Below are positions 8,481 through 16,835 of a DNA stretch of 64,000 nt, in pieces. Every line of letters starts with the position of its first letter. The first letter of the stretch is position 1. Made by a program: the position numbers and the translations under genes. The notes beneath the pieces were generated by a model. The model saw only the letters and a list, made by a program, of their open reading frames with translations, was not told the DNA's origin and ran no database searches. Origin of the DNA: Gemmatimonadota bacterium (GTDB taxonomy: Bacteria > Gemmatimonadota > Gemmatimonadetes > Gemmatimonadales > GWC2-71-9); contig JAOTWJ010000001.1 in assembly GCA_029862925.1 (NCBI GenBank), positions 7,099-71,098 of the forward strand. The letters run 5' to 3'.

Positions 8481-9614
8481 ATGTCCCCCCAACTGCAGCC
8501 CTTCGTTCCGTTCGATCTCGAGCGGTGGCAAAGCACGTGGGAACACCGCGTGCGGTTCAACCTGTCAGAGAGCGGCGTGCACGCGCTCACCGTCGCCGAG
8601 CTGCTGGCGCTGGCTGGGGAAGGACCCGCCACCATTCAGGATCTGCCCCTGGGCTACGGGCAGTCGGACGGCTCGGTCGAGCTGCGGCGGGCCATCGCGG
8701 CCCTCTATCCGGGCGCGGAGGCGGAGCACGTCACCGTGACCATCGGCAGCGCCGAGGCGAACTTCGTGGTGTGCTGGGCGCTGTTCGGGGCAGGTCGTCG
8801 CGCGGTGATCGTGGCGCCGACGTACATGCAGATGTGGGGGCTCGCCGAGAACGCCGGGACCGCGGTGGCGCCGCTCTGGCTCCGAGCCGAACGCGGCTGG
8901 GAGCCGGACCCCGACGACATCAGCCGGACGATCGCCACCGGAACCGACGTGGTGATCGTAACGGATCCCAACAATCCCACCGGGCATGTGCTGTCGCCGG
9001 AAGCGCGCGCATTCATCGTCGCGCGCGCGCGGGCCGTGGGCGCCTGGCTCGTGGTGGACGAGGTCTTCCAGGGAGCCGAACGTGCGGGACGAGCGACACC
9101 CACGTGGTGGGGGGCCACCGACCGGACGATCGTCGTCGGTGGGCTCTCCAAGGCGTACGGCCTTCCGGGCCTCCGGATCGGCTGGATCGTGAGTCCGCCG
9201 GACGTGAAGCGGGCGCTGCTCGAGCGCCACGACTACACGGTCATCGGGCCGGGACCCCTGACGGATCGGCTGGCTCTGCTCGCGATCCAGCAGCGAACCC
9301 CGCTTCACGCGCGCACTCGGACTATCCTCAACGCCAACTACCCGGTCCTGGCCGACTGGCTCACCGACTTGGACGACGGTCTGGCGTGGCGCGAGCCGGA
9401 GTGCGGGGCGATTTGCTTCGTCCGCTACGACCATCCCGTTCCGTCGCTCGACGTGGTCGAGCGCGCCCGTGCCGAACGCGACGTCCTGCTCGTCCCGGGG
9501 GATTACTTCGGCATGCCCGGGCATCTCCGCTTCGGCTACGGCGGCCGGACGGACGATCTCCACCGCGCGCTGCACGTGCTGACCCCGGCCCTGCGGGAAT
9601 CCTGGCGGGTGTGA
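8481..9614 (+). CDS. PLP-dependent aminotransferase, class I/II
   Basis: 377 aa with VIVTDPNNPTGHVL, LVVDEVF and the PLP-lysine context GGLSKAYGLPGLRIGW. Confidence 0.85.
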   Translation: MSPQLQPFVPFDLERWQSTWEHRVRFNLSESGVHALTVAELLALAGEGPATIQDLPLGYGQSDGSVELRRAIAALYPGAEAEHVTVTIGSAEANFVVCWALFGAGRRAVIVAPTYMQMWGLAENAGTAVAPLWLRAERGWEPDPDDISRTIATGTDVVIVTDPNNPTGHVLSPEARAFIVARARAVGAWLVVDEVFQGAERAGRATPTWWGATDRTIVVGGLSKAYGLPGLRIGWIVSPPDVKRALLERHDYTVIGPGPLTDRLALLAIQQRTPLHARTRTILNANYPVLADWLTDLDDGLAWREPECGAICFVRYDHPVPSLDVVERARAERDVLLVPGDYFGMPGHLRFGYGGRTDDLHRALHVLTPALRESWRV

Positions 9615-9662
9615 CCGGCGTGTGAGAAAGGTGTGCCCTAGCCGTCAGGCGCGTACGCTGCC

Positions 9663-10481
9663 TCAGACGGACCCTCGCGCCGGACCCTGCTGCCCCTCGT
9701 CGTCGGACGGCCGGAGCACGCGCGCGCGCGCCAGCGCGATCTGCAGCGCACCCACCAGCGCCTCGAGGTCGTAGGGTTTGCTGACGGCCGGGCAACCGGT
9801 CTGCTCGATGAACGCCCGCGTTTCCGGCCGGGTATAATCGCCCGTCACGAACACGAATCGGCGGGCCAGGTGGGGAAACTTCTCTTCGACCTGCTGGTAG
9901 AGCCCCTGGCCGCCGAGGCCGGGCATTTGGATGTCGGAGATGACGCAGTCGATCCCGCCCATCTGCAGCGCCGTGAACGCCTCAAGCCCGTTCCGTGCCG
10001 GAATCGCGCGATGTCCCAGGGACGCGAGCAACCGCGAAATCACCTCGCGATTGGCGTCGTCGTCCTCCACGACCAGAACCACGCCCGCGCGCGTGGCGTG
10101 GCTTTCGACAACTTCGGCCGTGCCCATGGCAGAGCTCGGCGCCGAGGACAGCACGTGATGATAGAGCCCGGCGGCCAGGGACGCCGCCCGCGTGACCTCG
10201 ATCTCGATCTGATCAAGGGCCTGCAATTGCTCCGCCGACAGACCGGTGCGATCGATCTTCTCCCCGGTCGCCCGGATCACGGCGAGTCGGTTGTTGATGG
10301 CGTTGGCCGCGTTGGCGACTTCATCGCGCAGGAACTGCACCCACGCCGCCACCAGCTCCGGGGAGGCCTTGGCCGTTTCGGGCAGGGTCTCCGGCGCGTC
10401 GCTGGGCAACACCACCCGCCGGGCCCGCAGCGCCGCACGACGCTTGCGCAGCGTGCGTGGGAGCAACGCCAGCACGGCCAC
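9663..10481 (-). CDS. Receiver-domain protein with an N-terminal helical DHp-like segment (no H-box His, no HATPase domain); start uncertain
   Basis: The REC domain is VLVVEDDDANRE...CVISDIQMPG...FVFVTGD...SKPY. It is preceded by FLRDEVANAANAINNRL...LDQIEIEVTRAASL. The first canonical start, GTG 10481, falls inside a hydrophobic helix that continues upstream (see findings). Confidence 0.7.
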   Translation of the reverse strand: MAVLALLPRTLRKRRAALRARRVVLPSDAPETLPETAKASPELVAAWVQFLRDEVANAANAINNRLAVIRATGEKIDRTGLSAEQLQALDQIEIEVTRAASLAAGLYHHVLSSAPSSAMGTAEVVESHATRAGVVLVVEDDDANREVISRLLASLGHRAIPARNGLEAFTALQMGGIDCVISDIQMPGLGGQGLYQQVEEKFPHLARRFVFVTGDYTRPETRAFIEQTGCPAVSKPYDLEALVGALQIALARARVLRPSDDEGQQGPARGSV

Positions 10482-10553
10482 CGCCGCAACCAGAACCGCG
10501 ACGAGAATGAAGTCGGACGGGCTCAGCGACGTCGCGCGGCCTCCAAGCTCGAG

Positions 10554-11801
10554 CTAACGGCGTGGGTGGGCCAGGATACGATACACGCGGCCCCCGCGAT
10601 CATCGCTGACGTACAGGGACCCATCCGGACCCTCGGTGACATCGACCGGCCGGCTGCCGGCCGCTTCGAACCCCTCGGCGAACACCTGCCACGCACCCGC
10701 GCGGTCGCCCTGGAACGGGACGAACACGACGTTGAACCCCTGCTGGGGGAGCGGCGCCCGGTTCCAGGACCCGTGGAACGCGATGAACGCCCCACCCCGG
10801 TACCGCGCGGGCATCCCGGTGCCGCTGTGAAAGTGGAGCCCGTCGGGGGCCCAGTGCGCCGGGAACCCAACGAGCGGCCGTTCCACCGACGCGCAGCGAC
10901 CCACCGCCCGGAGATCCCCGCCGTATTCGGGCGCCAGCACCTTCTGCTCGAGGGCGCGGTCGTAATGGCAGTACGGCCACCCCACGTCCGCCCCGTCCAC
11001 CAACCGCACGAACTCCTCGGCGGGCGTCTCGGCGTTCACCTCGTCACTGTAGTCCCACAGCGCGCCCAGCTGATCCCGACCGTGCACCACGCCGTAGAGC
11101 TCGCCATCGGCGGGGCGCACCGCGAGCGCGACGGTGTTACGGAGGCCCGTCGCGTAGCGTCGCCCGTCGGCGCGCGTCTGGCCGCGGCGCTCGGCATCGT
11201 ACAGCCAGACGCCCCCCGTCGTATCCAACAGCGGACACGGGTCCATCCCCGGGCTGCCCTTGGTCCGATCTTCCTGCTGACAGGCATTGGACGGTGCGCC
11301 GTGATTCACATACAGGCGGCCGCCCGGGCCGAACGTGAAGGTCTTGATCCCGTGCTGCCGCGCACCGGGCAGGTCGCGGACGACCGTATCCGGAGCGCCC
11401 TCCACCGCGTCCGCTCCGGGCCGCCAGCGCAGCCGGACGATCTCCCGGTACGTGGAGTAGTAGAGATACGGGACACCGCGCACCGATCGGACCTGCACAT
11501 CCACCGCCATCGGATCCGCGACGAGTCGGTGTTGCGTATCCGCGCGGCCGTCACCCGACACGTCCCGCAGGAGGAACACCCCCCCGTCGTCCCCCCGGGA
11601 GGGTACCGCCACCAGCACATCGCCGTTGGGCGCCACGGTGAGGTGGCGCGCGCGTCCCAGCGAGTCGGCGACGACCACGGCGCAGAAGCCGTCGGGCAGC
11701 GTGAGTCCCGCGTTGTCCAGGGCGCACGGCGGACCCTGTGCGACCGCACCGGCCGGGGCGAAGAGCATGACCGCAATGGCGGCCGTCCGGCAGGCGCTCA
11801 T
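10554..11801 (-). CDS. Exported PQQ-dependent sugar (glucose/sorbosone) dehydrogenase-family beta-propeller
   Basis: Starts at MSACRTAAIAVMLFAPAGAVAQ (ATG 11801, overlapping the upstream stop as ATGA). It contains HGIKTFTFGPGGRLYVNHGAPSNAC, YATGLRNTVALAV, GWPYC, PDGLHF and GPDGSLYVSDD. The 5' part of track ORF 10554-12089 is an out-of-gene extension. Confidence 0.8.
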   Translation of the reverse strand: MSACRTAAIAVMLFAPAGAVAQGPPCALDNAGLTLPDGFCAVVVADSLGRARHLTVAPNGDVLVAVPSRGDDGGVFLLRDVSGDGRADTQHRLVADPMAVDVQVRSVRGVPYLYYSTYREIVRLRWRPGADAVEGAPDTVVRDLPGARQHGIKTFTFGPGGRLYVNHGAPSNACQQEDRTKGSPGMDPCPLLDTTGGVWLYDAERRGQTRADGRRYATGLRNTVALAVRPADGELYGVVHGRDQLGALWDYSDEVNAETPAEEFVRLVDGADVGWPYCHYDRALEQKVLAPEYGGDLRAVGRCASVERPLVGFPAHWAPDGLHFHSGTGMPARYRGGAFIAFHGSWNRAPLPQQGFNVVFVPFQGDRAGAWQVFAEGFEAAGSRPVDVTEGPDGSLYVSDDRGGRVYRILAHPRR

Positions 11802-12235
11802 CGGGCCGGCTGGCCGCAGAACGTCTCGAAGGCGGCGACCAGATCCCCCGCGATGGCCGGCGCTTCGCGCCCTTCGATGTCCTTGCGCTCGAGCATGTGC
11901 AGCAGTCGACCGTTCTTGAGCAGCGCGATTTGCGGGGACGACGGCGGATAGCCTTCGAAATACTGGCGGGCGCGGGCCGTGGCATCCAGGTCCATCCCGG
12001 CAAAGACCGTCGTCAACCGGTCGGGACGCAGGGTGTGGCGGAGCGCCAGCGCGACACCGGGCCGTGCCTTCCCCGCCGCACACCCGCACACCGAATTGAC
12101 GACCAGCAGCACCGTTTCGTCACGGGCGCCGAGCATCTGGTCCACGTCCTCCGGCGTCCGCAGTTCGCGAAAACCGAGCTGTGTGAGTTCATCCCGCATG
12201 GGTTGCACGAGCTGGGGGTCGTACCGCATCTGCAT
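11798..12235 (-). CDS. Bacilliredoxin (BrxA/BrxB, DUF1094/YphP-YqiW family)
   Basis: LVQPMRDELTQLGFRELRTPEDVD...LLVVNSVCGCAAGKARPG...TVFAGMDLDATARARQYF..YPPSSPQIALLKNGRLLHMLERKDIEG aligns along its whole length with my recollection of B. subtilis YphP, including the CGC redox motif. The start is ATG 12235 or 12229, preceded by GGAGAGG. Confidence 0.85.
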   Translation of the reverse strand: MQMRYDPQLVQPMRDELTQLGFRELRTPEDVDQMLGARDETVLLVVNSVCGCAAGKARPGVALALRHTLRPDRLTTVFAGMDLDATARARQYFEGYPPSSPQIALLKNGRLLHMLERKDIEGREAPAIAGDLVAAFETFCGQPAR

Positions 12236-12315
12236 CCTCTCCGCCAAGGTCCTTCGTGCACGGTGGGGCGCGCACCGGTCGGTGACCGATCAGGCCTCGC
12301 TCATGTCGCACTATG

Positions 12316-13266
12316 TTAAGATAACAGCCGCTCGTCGCCTCCGCGGCCCGGTTGACCGGCCCACACCGCCGCTCGACCCTCTAACGGCACGTCGGGGCAC
12401 CGATCCGGGTGCAACACCCGGCCCAGAATCTCGACCCCATCCACGACGCGCGGACCCGAGCGATTGAAGTACGCGGACCCATCGAGCACCCAGGCCCGCC
12501 CGGCACGGACCGCGCGCGGGGCCACCGCCCGCAGGCGTTCGGCATGGCGGTCGGCCTCGGTACGGGCCGCTGCGAGTCCGTAGCCACACGGCATGATCAG
12601 CAGCACGTCCGGATCCAGGTCCGCCAGCGCCGCCCACGACACTTCCTGGGACCGTGCGCCGACCGCTCCCACGAGGTTCAAACCGCCGGCGAGCGTGACC
12701 ATTTCGGGCCCCCAGTGCCCGGGCGCGAAGGGAGGCTCGAGCCACTCCACCGCCAGCACCCGGGGCCGGGGGGCACCAGCCACCTGTTGCCTGACCGCGG
12801 CGATCCGCGCTCGCAGCCGAGCCACGACCCGATCCGCGCGCTCGGGGACGGCGGCGGCGGCGGCGACCGACTCGATGGACGCGAGGATCCCGTCCACCGT
12901 ATGGGCATCCAGCGAGAGCACGCGGGCCCGCCCCCCCAGGGCCTGCGCGGCCTGGTGGGCGAGCGAGGGGGGCACCGCACAGACCTCGCAGACCCCCTGG
13001 GTCAGCAGCAGATCGGGGGCGACTCGGTGCAGCCTCTCCGTGTCCATCACGTACACACTCCCGTGCTCGGCCATCGCCTCGCGGACGGCGCGATCGATCG
13101 CGGCGCTGTCCAGACCAACCGGGTCGAACCGCGGCCGGCTCACGCGAGGCCGGTCGAGCACGTGCGGCGGATGGTCGCACTCGTGCGAGATGGCGACCAG
13201 CCGGTCTTCGAGGTCGAGCGCGCACACGATCTCCGTGGCGCTCGCGAGCAGCGAGGCGATCCGCAT
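12316..13266 (-). CDS. Periplasmic-binding-protein fold (BtuF/FhuD-like, PF01497-type) protein without an evident signal peptide
   Basis: Starts MRIASLLASATEIVCALDLEDRLVAISHECDHP and continues DLLLTQGVCEVC...RVLAVEWLEPPFAPGHWGPEMV..AGG...DPDVLLIMPCG. No hydrophobic leader is present and no ABC permease or ATPase gene is nearby. Confidence 0.7.
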   Translation of the reverse strand: MRIASLLASATEIVCALDLEDRLVAISHECDHPPHVLDRPRVSRPRFDPVGLDSAAIDRAVREAMAEHGSVYVMDTERLHRVAPDLLLTQGVCEVCAVPPSLAHQAAQALGGRARVLSLDAHTVDGILASIESVAAAAAVPERADRVVARLRARIAAVRQQVAGAPRPRVLAVEWLEPPFAPGHWGPEMVTLAGGLNLVGAVGARSQEVSWAALADLDPDVLLIMPCGYGLAAARTEADRHAERLRAVAPRAVRAGRAWVLDGSAYFNRSGPRVVDGVEILGRVLHPDRCPDVPLEGRAAVWAGQPGRGGDERLLS

Positions 13267-13380
13267 GCGTCGTAATGTCCTCCTCCTGCCCGCCAGGGGC
13301 AAACGGCGTCACTTGACACGCCTTCGGGGTCTGCCCAACATTCCGCCACACGATTCACGGTCGCTGCGGGAGTTCGACCC

Positions 13381-13653
13381 ATGCCCTATATCATCGCTGA
13401 GACCTGCATCGGCACGAAGGATCGCGGATGTGTGGATGTCTGCCCCGTCGACTGCATCTACGAGGGTGAGGACCAGCTGTACATCCACCCCGACGAGTGC
13501 ATCGACTGCGGTGCTTGCGAGCCCGAGTGCCCGGTGACGGCCATCTTCCCGGAAGAGGACGTGCCGCCCGAGTGGCAGAGCTATATCGAGAAGAACCGCA
13601 AGTACTTTGAAGGCGGCGAGGAGCGGCAGGTGGCGCAGGGCCGCGGCGCCTAA
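13381..13653 (+). CDS. fdxA: 7Fe ferredoxin (3Fe-4S plus 4Fe-4S)
   Basis: 90 aa. The sequence [56 protein letters not shown] shows the Azotobacter/Thermus-type FdxA cysteine pattern. Confidence 0.9.
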   Translation: MPYIIAETCIGTKDRGCVDVCPVDCIYEGEDQLYIHPDECIDCGACEPECPVTAIFPEEDVPPEWQSYIEKNRKYFEGGEERQVAQGRGA

Positions 13654-13676
13654 CGCCCGGTTGGGAACGGGATGCG

Positions 13677-13706
13677 CGAGCCCCCGGTAACGGGGGCTCG
13701 TTTCTT
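13677..13706 (+). terminator. Rho-independent terminator after fdxA
   Basis: A perfect 10-bp stem (cgagcccccg 13677-13686 pairing with cgggggctcg 13691-13700) has a GTAA tetraloop and is followed by TTTCTT. Confidence 0.8.
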
Positions 13707-13719
13707 ATAGATTCTCCCC

Positions 13720-14343
13720 ATGTCTCATCCCATCGTCATCGGCGTCGCCGGCGGGTCCGGCTCGGGCAAGACCACGGTGGTCACCGAGATCGTCCGCGCC
13801 CTCGGTCCCGACCAGGTCACGGTGATCCAGCACGACTCCTACTACTACGACCGCAGCGCGGTCCCGCCGACCGAGCGCGTGCACATCAACTACGACCACC
13901 CCGACGCCCTCGAGACCGAGTTGCTCGTCACCCACCTCACGACCCTCAAGGCCGGGGCGATGGTCGGGGTGCCAGTGTACGACTTTGCCGCCCATACCCG
14001 ATCGCGCGAAACCTGGACCGCGCTGCCCCGCAAGGTCGTCATCCTGGAAGGCATTCTCATTCTCGCCGAGCGTCACTTGCGCGACCTGATGGACATCCGC
14101 GTCTACGTGGATACCGACGCGGACATCCGGTTCATCCGGCGGCTGCGGCGTGACCTCCGGGACCGCGGCCGGACGCTCGAGTCGGTGATCCAGCAGTATC
14201 TCGAGACCGTCCAGCCCATGCACCTCGAGTTCGTCGAGCCGAGCAAACGCCACGCCCACGTCATCGTGCCGCAGGGCGGCCGCAACCGTGTGGCGGTCGA
14301 CATGCTGCTGACCAAGATCCGGGCGATTCTGCGCGGAGGGTGA
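13720..14343 (+). CDS. udk: Uridine kinase
   Basis: 207 aa with the P-loop IGVAGGSGSGKTT, then QHDSYYYD, NYDHPDA, VYDF and EGIL...DIRVYVDTDADIRFIRR..RD...RGR. Confidence 0.9.
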   Translation: MSHPIVIGVAGGSGSGKTTVVTEIVRALGPDQVTVIQHDSYYYDRSAVPPTERVHINYDHPDALETELLVTHLTTLKAGAMVGVPVYDFAAHTRSRETWTALPRKVVILEGILILAERHLRDLMDIRVYVDTDADIRFIRRLRRDLRDRGRTLESVIQQYLETVQPMHLEFVEPSKRHAHVIVPQGGRNRVAVDMLLTKIRAILRGG

Positions 14344-14384
14344 TGGGAAGAGTGAGAAGTGTAACGGGGGGTGAGAGAGACCGT

Positions 14385-14418
14385 AGTGACGGCGGGTCGA
14401 CAGTCACTTTTCCGTTTT
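14385..14418 (+). terminator. Weak hairpin plus T-rich tract at the udk/ENPP convergent junction
   Basis: A 6-bp stem (agtgac 14385-14390 pairing with gtcact 14403-14408) is followed by tttccgtttt. It is embedded in a longer imperfect inverted repeat (see findings). Confidence 0.35.
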
Positions 14419-15671
14419 CACTTTTCGCTGTTCCCCTTCTCGGCCGTCGCCCTCCCCACCAGCATCCACGCCGTCGAATCCGGACTCCCGCTGTTCGGCG
14501 CCGGCGTCAGGTTCAGTAACCGGCACATCAGCTCGTACAGGTGGATGCTCGCGACGGGGTCCCCCACCAGACCCTGGCGGAACGCCGGCCCGACGGCCAG
14601 GAACGTCCCCCACATAGACGGCAGCGCAGGGTCCCATCCGTGGTTGGCGCCCATCAGGGCGGCGGGGCGCTCACGCAACCGTCGGCGGGTCGTAATCGAC
14701 CAGCCCTCGTCGGCAATGGCCACGATCGGTTGGATGCGGGGGTTGGCCCGGTAGTGCAGATGCGCGGGCACATCGGCCCGCCGATAGACCTGCAGGTGCG
14801 GGTGCCGGCCGGCGAGCACGCGGTACACCGAGTCCTCCAGCCCCGGCTCGGGCCGAAGCTGGAGCACCGGCGACCAGTCGACGATCCGGGCGAGGCCCGC
14901 CGGTAGCAGGTCGTCAATCACGATGACCCGGTCTGGGCTCGTCGCCGCATGGCCGTGATCCGAGACCAGCACGATGTTCATCTCGTCCAGCAACTGGCGC
15001 CGCTCCAGCCCCGCGAGCAGGCGCTCGACCAGGGCGTCGAGGTCCTGCAAAGCCGCCACCAGTTCCGCCGATTCGGGCCCGTGGTCGTGCCCGGCGACAT
15101 CCACCGTGCTCACGTACAGCGTGAGAAACACCGGCCGCACGGCGCCGGGCGCGTCGAGCCAGGCGAGCACCGAGTCGATCCGCGTCTCGTTCGGCATTGT
15201 GTTGTCGAACGGCACCCAGTGCGTGGGCCGGAGCCCGCGGATCTCGGCCTCCGACCCCGGCCAGAACAGGGGAGCGGTGCGCCAACCCGCCCGTTCCGCG
15301 GTGATCCAGATCGGTTCACCGCCCCACCAGCGACCATCCTGCACCGCGGCGCGATTGCTCATGCTGAACCAGGCGTCGAGCGCGGCGTCGTACATCGTGT
15401 TCGCCACGATCCCATGCTCTTCGGGATAGAGGCCGGTGACGATCGTGTAGTGGTTCGGGAACGTCTTCGTCGGAAACGCGGGCACGAGGGAAGCACGCAC
15501 TCCCTCGCGCACCAGCCGCGCGAGATGCGGGAGATCGGTCTTGTCGAGGTAGTCGTGCCGCAGACCGTCCACCGAGATCAGGAGCAGCGGCGCGGGCGGG
15601 CCGCCGCTCCCGCACGCCGCGGCCCCCGGGGCCAGCGCGAGCCACGCCACGAGGCGAAACGATGTGCGCAT
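14418..15671 (-). CDS. Ectonucleotide pyrophosphatase/phosphodiesterase (alkaline-phosphatase superfamily, ENPP-type), exported
   Basis: Starts at MRTSFRLVAWLALAPGAAACG (ATG 15671). It contains LLLISVDGLRHDY, FPTKTFPNHYTIVTGLYPEEHGI, VDVAGHDHGP and VLVSDHGH. The upstream extension in track ORF 14418-15893 is Arg-rich. Confidence 0.85.
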   Translation of the reverse strand: MRTSFRLVAWLALAPGAAACGSGGPPAPLLLISVDGLRHDYLDKTDLPHLARLVREGVRASLVPAFPTKTFPNHYTIVTGLYPEEHGIVANTMYDAALDAWFSMSNRAAVQDGRWWGGEPIWITAERAGWRTAPLFWPGSEAEIRGLRPTHWVPFDNTMPNETRIDSVLAWLDAPGAVRPVFLTLYVSTVDVAGHDHGPESAELVAALQDLDALVERLLAGLERRQLLDEMNIVLVSDHGHAATSPDRVIVIDDLLPAGLARIVDWSPVLQLRPEPGLEDSVYRVLAGRHPHLQVYRRADVPAHLHYRANPRIQPIVAIADEGWSITTRRRLRERPAALMGANHGWDPALPSMWGTFLAVGPAFRQGLVGDPVASIHLYELMCRLLNLTPAPNSGSPDSTAWMLVGRATAEKGNSEK

Positions 15672-15774
15672 GGCCAAAGCTACCCCGGGGCGCGTGGACC
15701 CGAAACCAGCGCCCCGCCTCTTGCTCGTCACCCCGCGACGGGTTACGCTGCGCCGATTCGTCTCGGAGGGCGTC

Positions 15775-16692
15775 ATGCCCCGCTTCGTCCCGCTCCTGCT
15801 GGCGGCCGCGTGCCACGGCCCAGCGATGGCCCTCGGTCTCCTCGCCGCGTTCCTGCCGTCCGCGGCGGCGGCACAGGTGCCCGGGACAGACATCTACCTG
15901 GTGCCTCTCCGCGTCGACGGGCACCGGGCCCGACTCGGCACGCCGACCAACGTGACCGCCCGACCCGGCTACGACAACCAACCGTTCTTCCTGCCCGACG
16001 GCTCGGGCTTCCTCTACACGTCCATCCGCGACGACGGCCAGGCCGACATCTATCGCTACGACCTGGCGACGGGCACGGTCACACGCCTCACGGAGACGCC
16101 GGAGAGCGAATACTCCCCGACCCCGATCCCCGAGCAGACCGCATTCTCGGTCGTCCGCGTGGAGCGCGACTCGACCCAGCGGCTGTGGGCGTTCGAGCTC
16201 GACGGTTCCCACCCCCGCCTCCTGCTCGCCAACGTGGCGCCCGTGGGCTACCACGCCTGGACCACGGGTGGGGCGGTCGCCCTGTTCGTGCTGGGCACCC
16301 CACCGACCCTGCATGTGGCGTATCCCGATTCGGGGGAGTCACGGGTGGTGGCGGAGGACATCGGCCGCGTGCTGGTCGGCAGCGCCGACGATCCCCGCCT
16401 CCTGTTCACCGTGCGCGAGGGCGAGGGGTTCGCCGTCCACATGCTGGACCTCGATGGAGACTACACCGCACGCCTGGTGGACACGCCAGGCCGCGACTTC
16501 TTCGCTTGGTGGCAGGGCGTCCTGTTCGCGTCCGACGGCACCCGCCTTCTTACGCGGCACCCCGGAGAAGACTCGACGTGGATGGACGCCGGCGACCTCG
16601 CCCCGTATGGCGTGCGCGAAATCACCCGGCTCGCGGTGAGTCCCGACGGCCGGTGGCTGGCGGTGGTGGGGGAGGATGCTGCGGGGCCCTGA
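15775..16692 (+). CDS. TolB-like PD40/WD40-type beta-propeller protein, exported
   Basis: Starts at MPRFVPLLLAAACHGPAMALGLLAAF. It has PD40-like units GYDNQPFFLPDGSGFLYTS.RDDGQADIYRYDLATG and, near the C-terminus, AVSPDGRWLAVV. Confidence 0.7.
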   Translation: MPRFVPLLLAAACHGPAMALGLLAAFLPSAAAAQVPGTDIYLVPLRVDGHRARLGTPTNVTARPGYDNQPFFLPDGSGFLYTSIRDDGQADIYRYDLATGTVTRLTETPESEYSPTPIPEQTAFSVVRVERDSTQRLWAFELDGSHPRLLLANVAPVGYHAWTTGGAVALFVLGTPPTLHVAYPDSGESRVVAEDIGRVLVGSADDPRLLFTVREGEGFAVHMLDLDGDYTARLVDTPGRDFFAWWQGVLFASDGTRLLTRHPGEDSTWMDAGDLAPYGVREITRLAVSPDGRWLAVVGEDAAGP

Positions 16693-16835
16693 CTGACAAC
16701 GGGCAGACGGGATAGCACCATCCCGTCATCCCGTCAGTATTGCGCGTCACGACCCTCCGCCACTTCTCCTGGTGCAGTTCGGGCACGAGTTCAACAGTGA
16801 CGCGGGACGCGACATCCCGGGAGAGCGTCTCCCGT

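Noticed and set aside
9870-11951. 693-aa plus-strand ORF
   Set aside because: It is antisense to the receiver protein, the PQQ-type dehydrogenase and the bacilliredoxin. Its composition is dominated by R, G, P, H and A, and it has no motifs.
13267-13380. Possible cobalamin riboswitch upstream of the BtuF-like gene
   Set aside because: Only 114 nt are available, shared with the divergent fdxA promoter. I see no B12-box-like sequence, only small nested hairpins (gggca/tgccc and ggcgt/acgcc).
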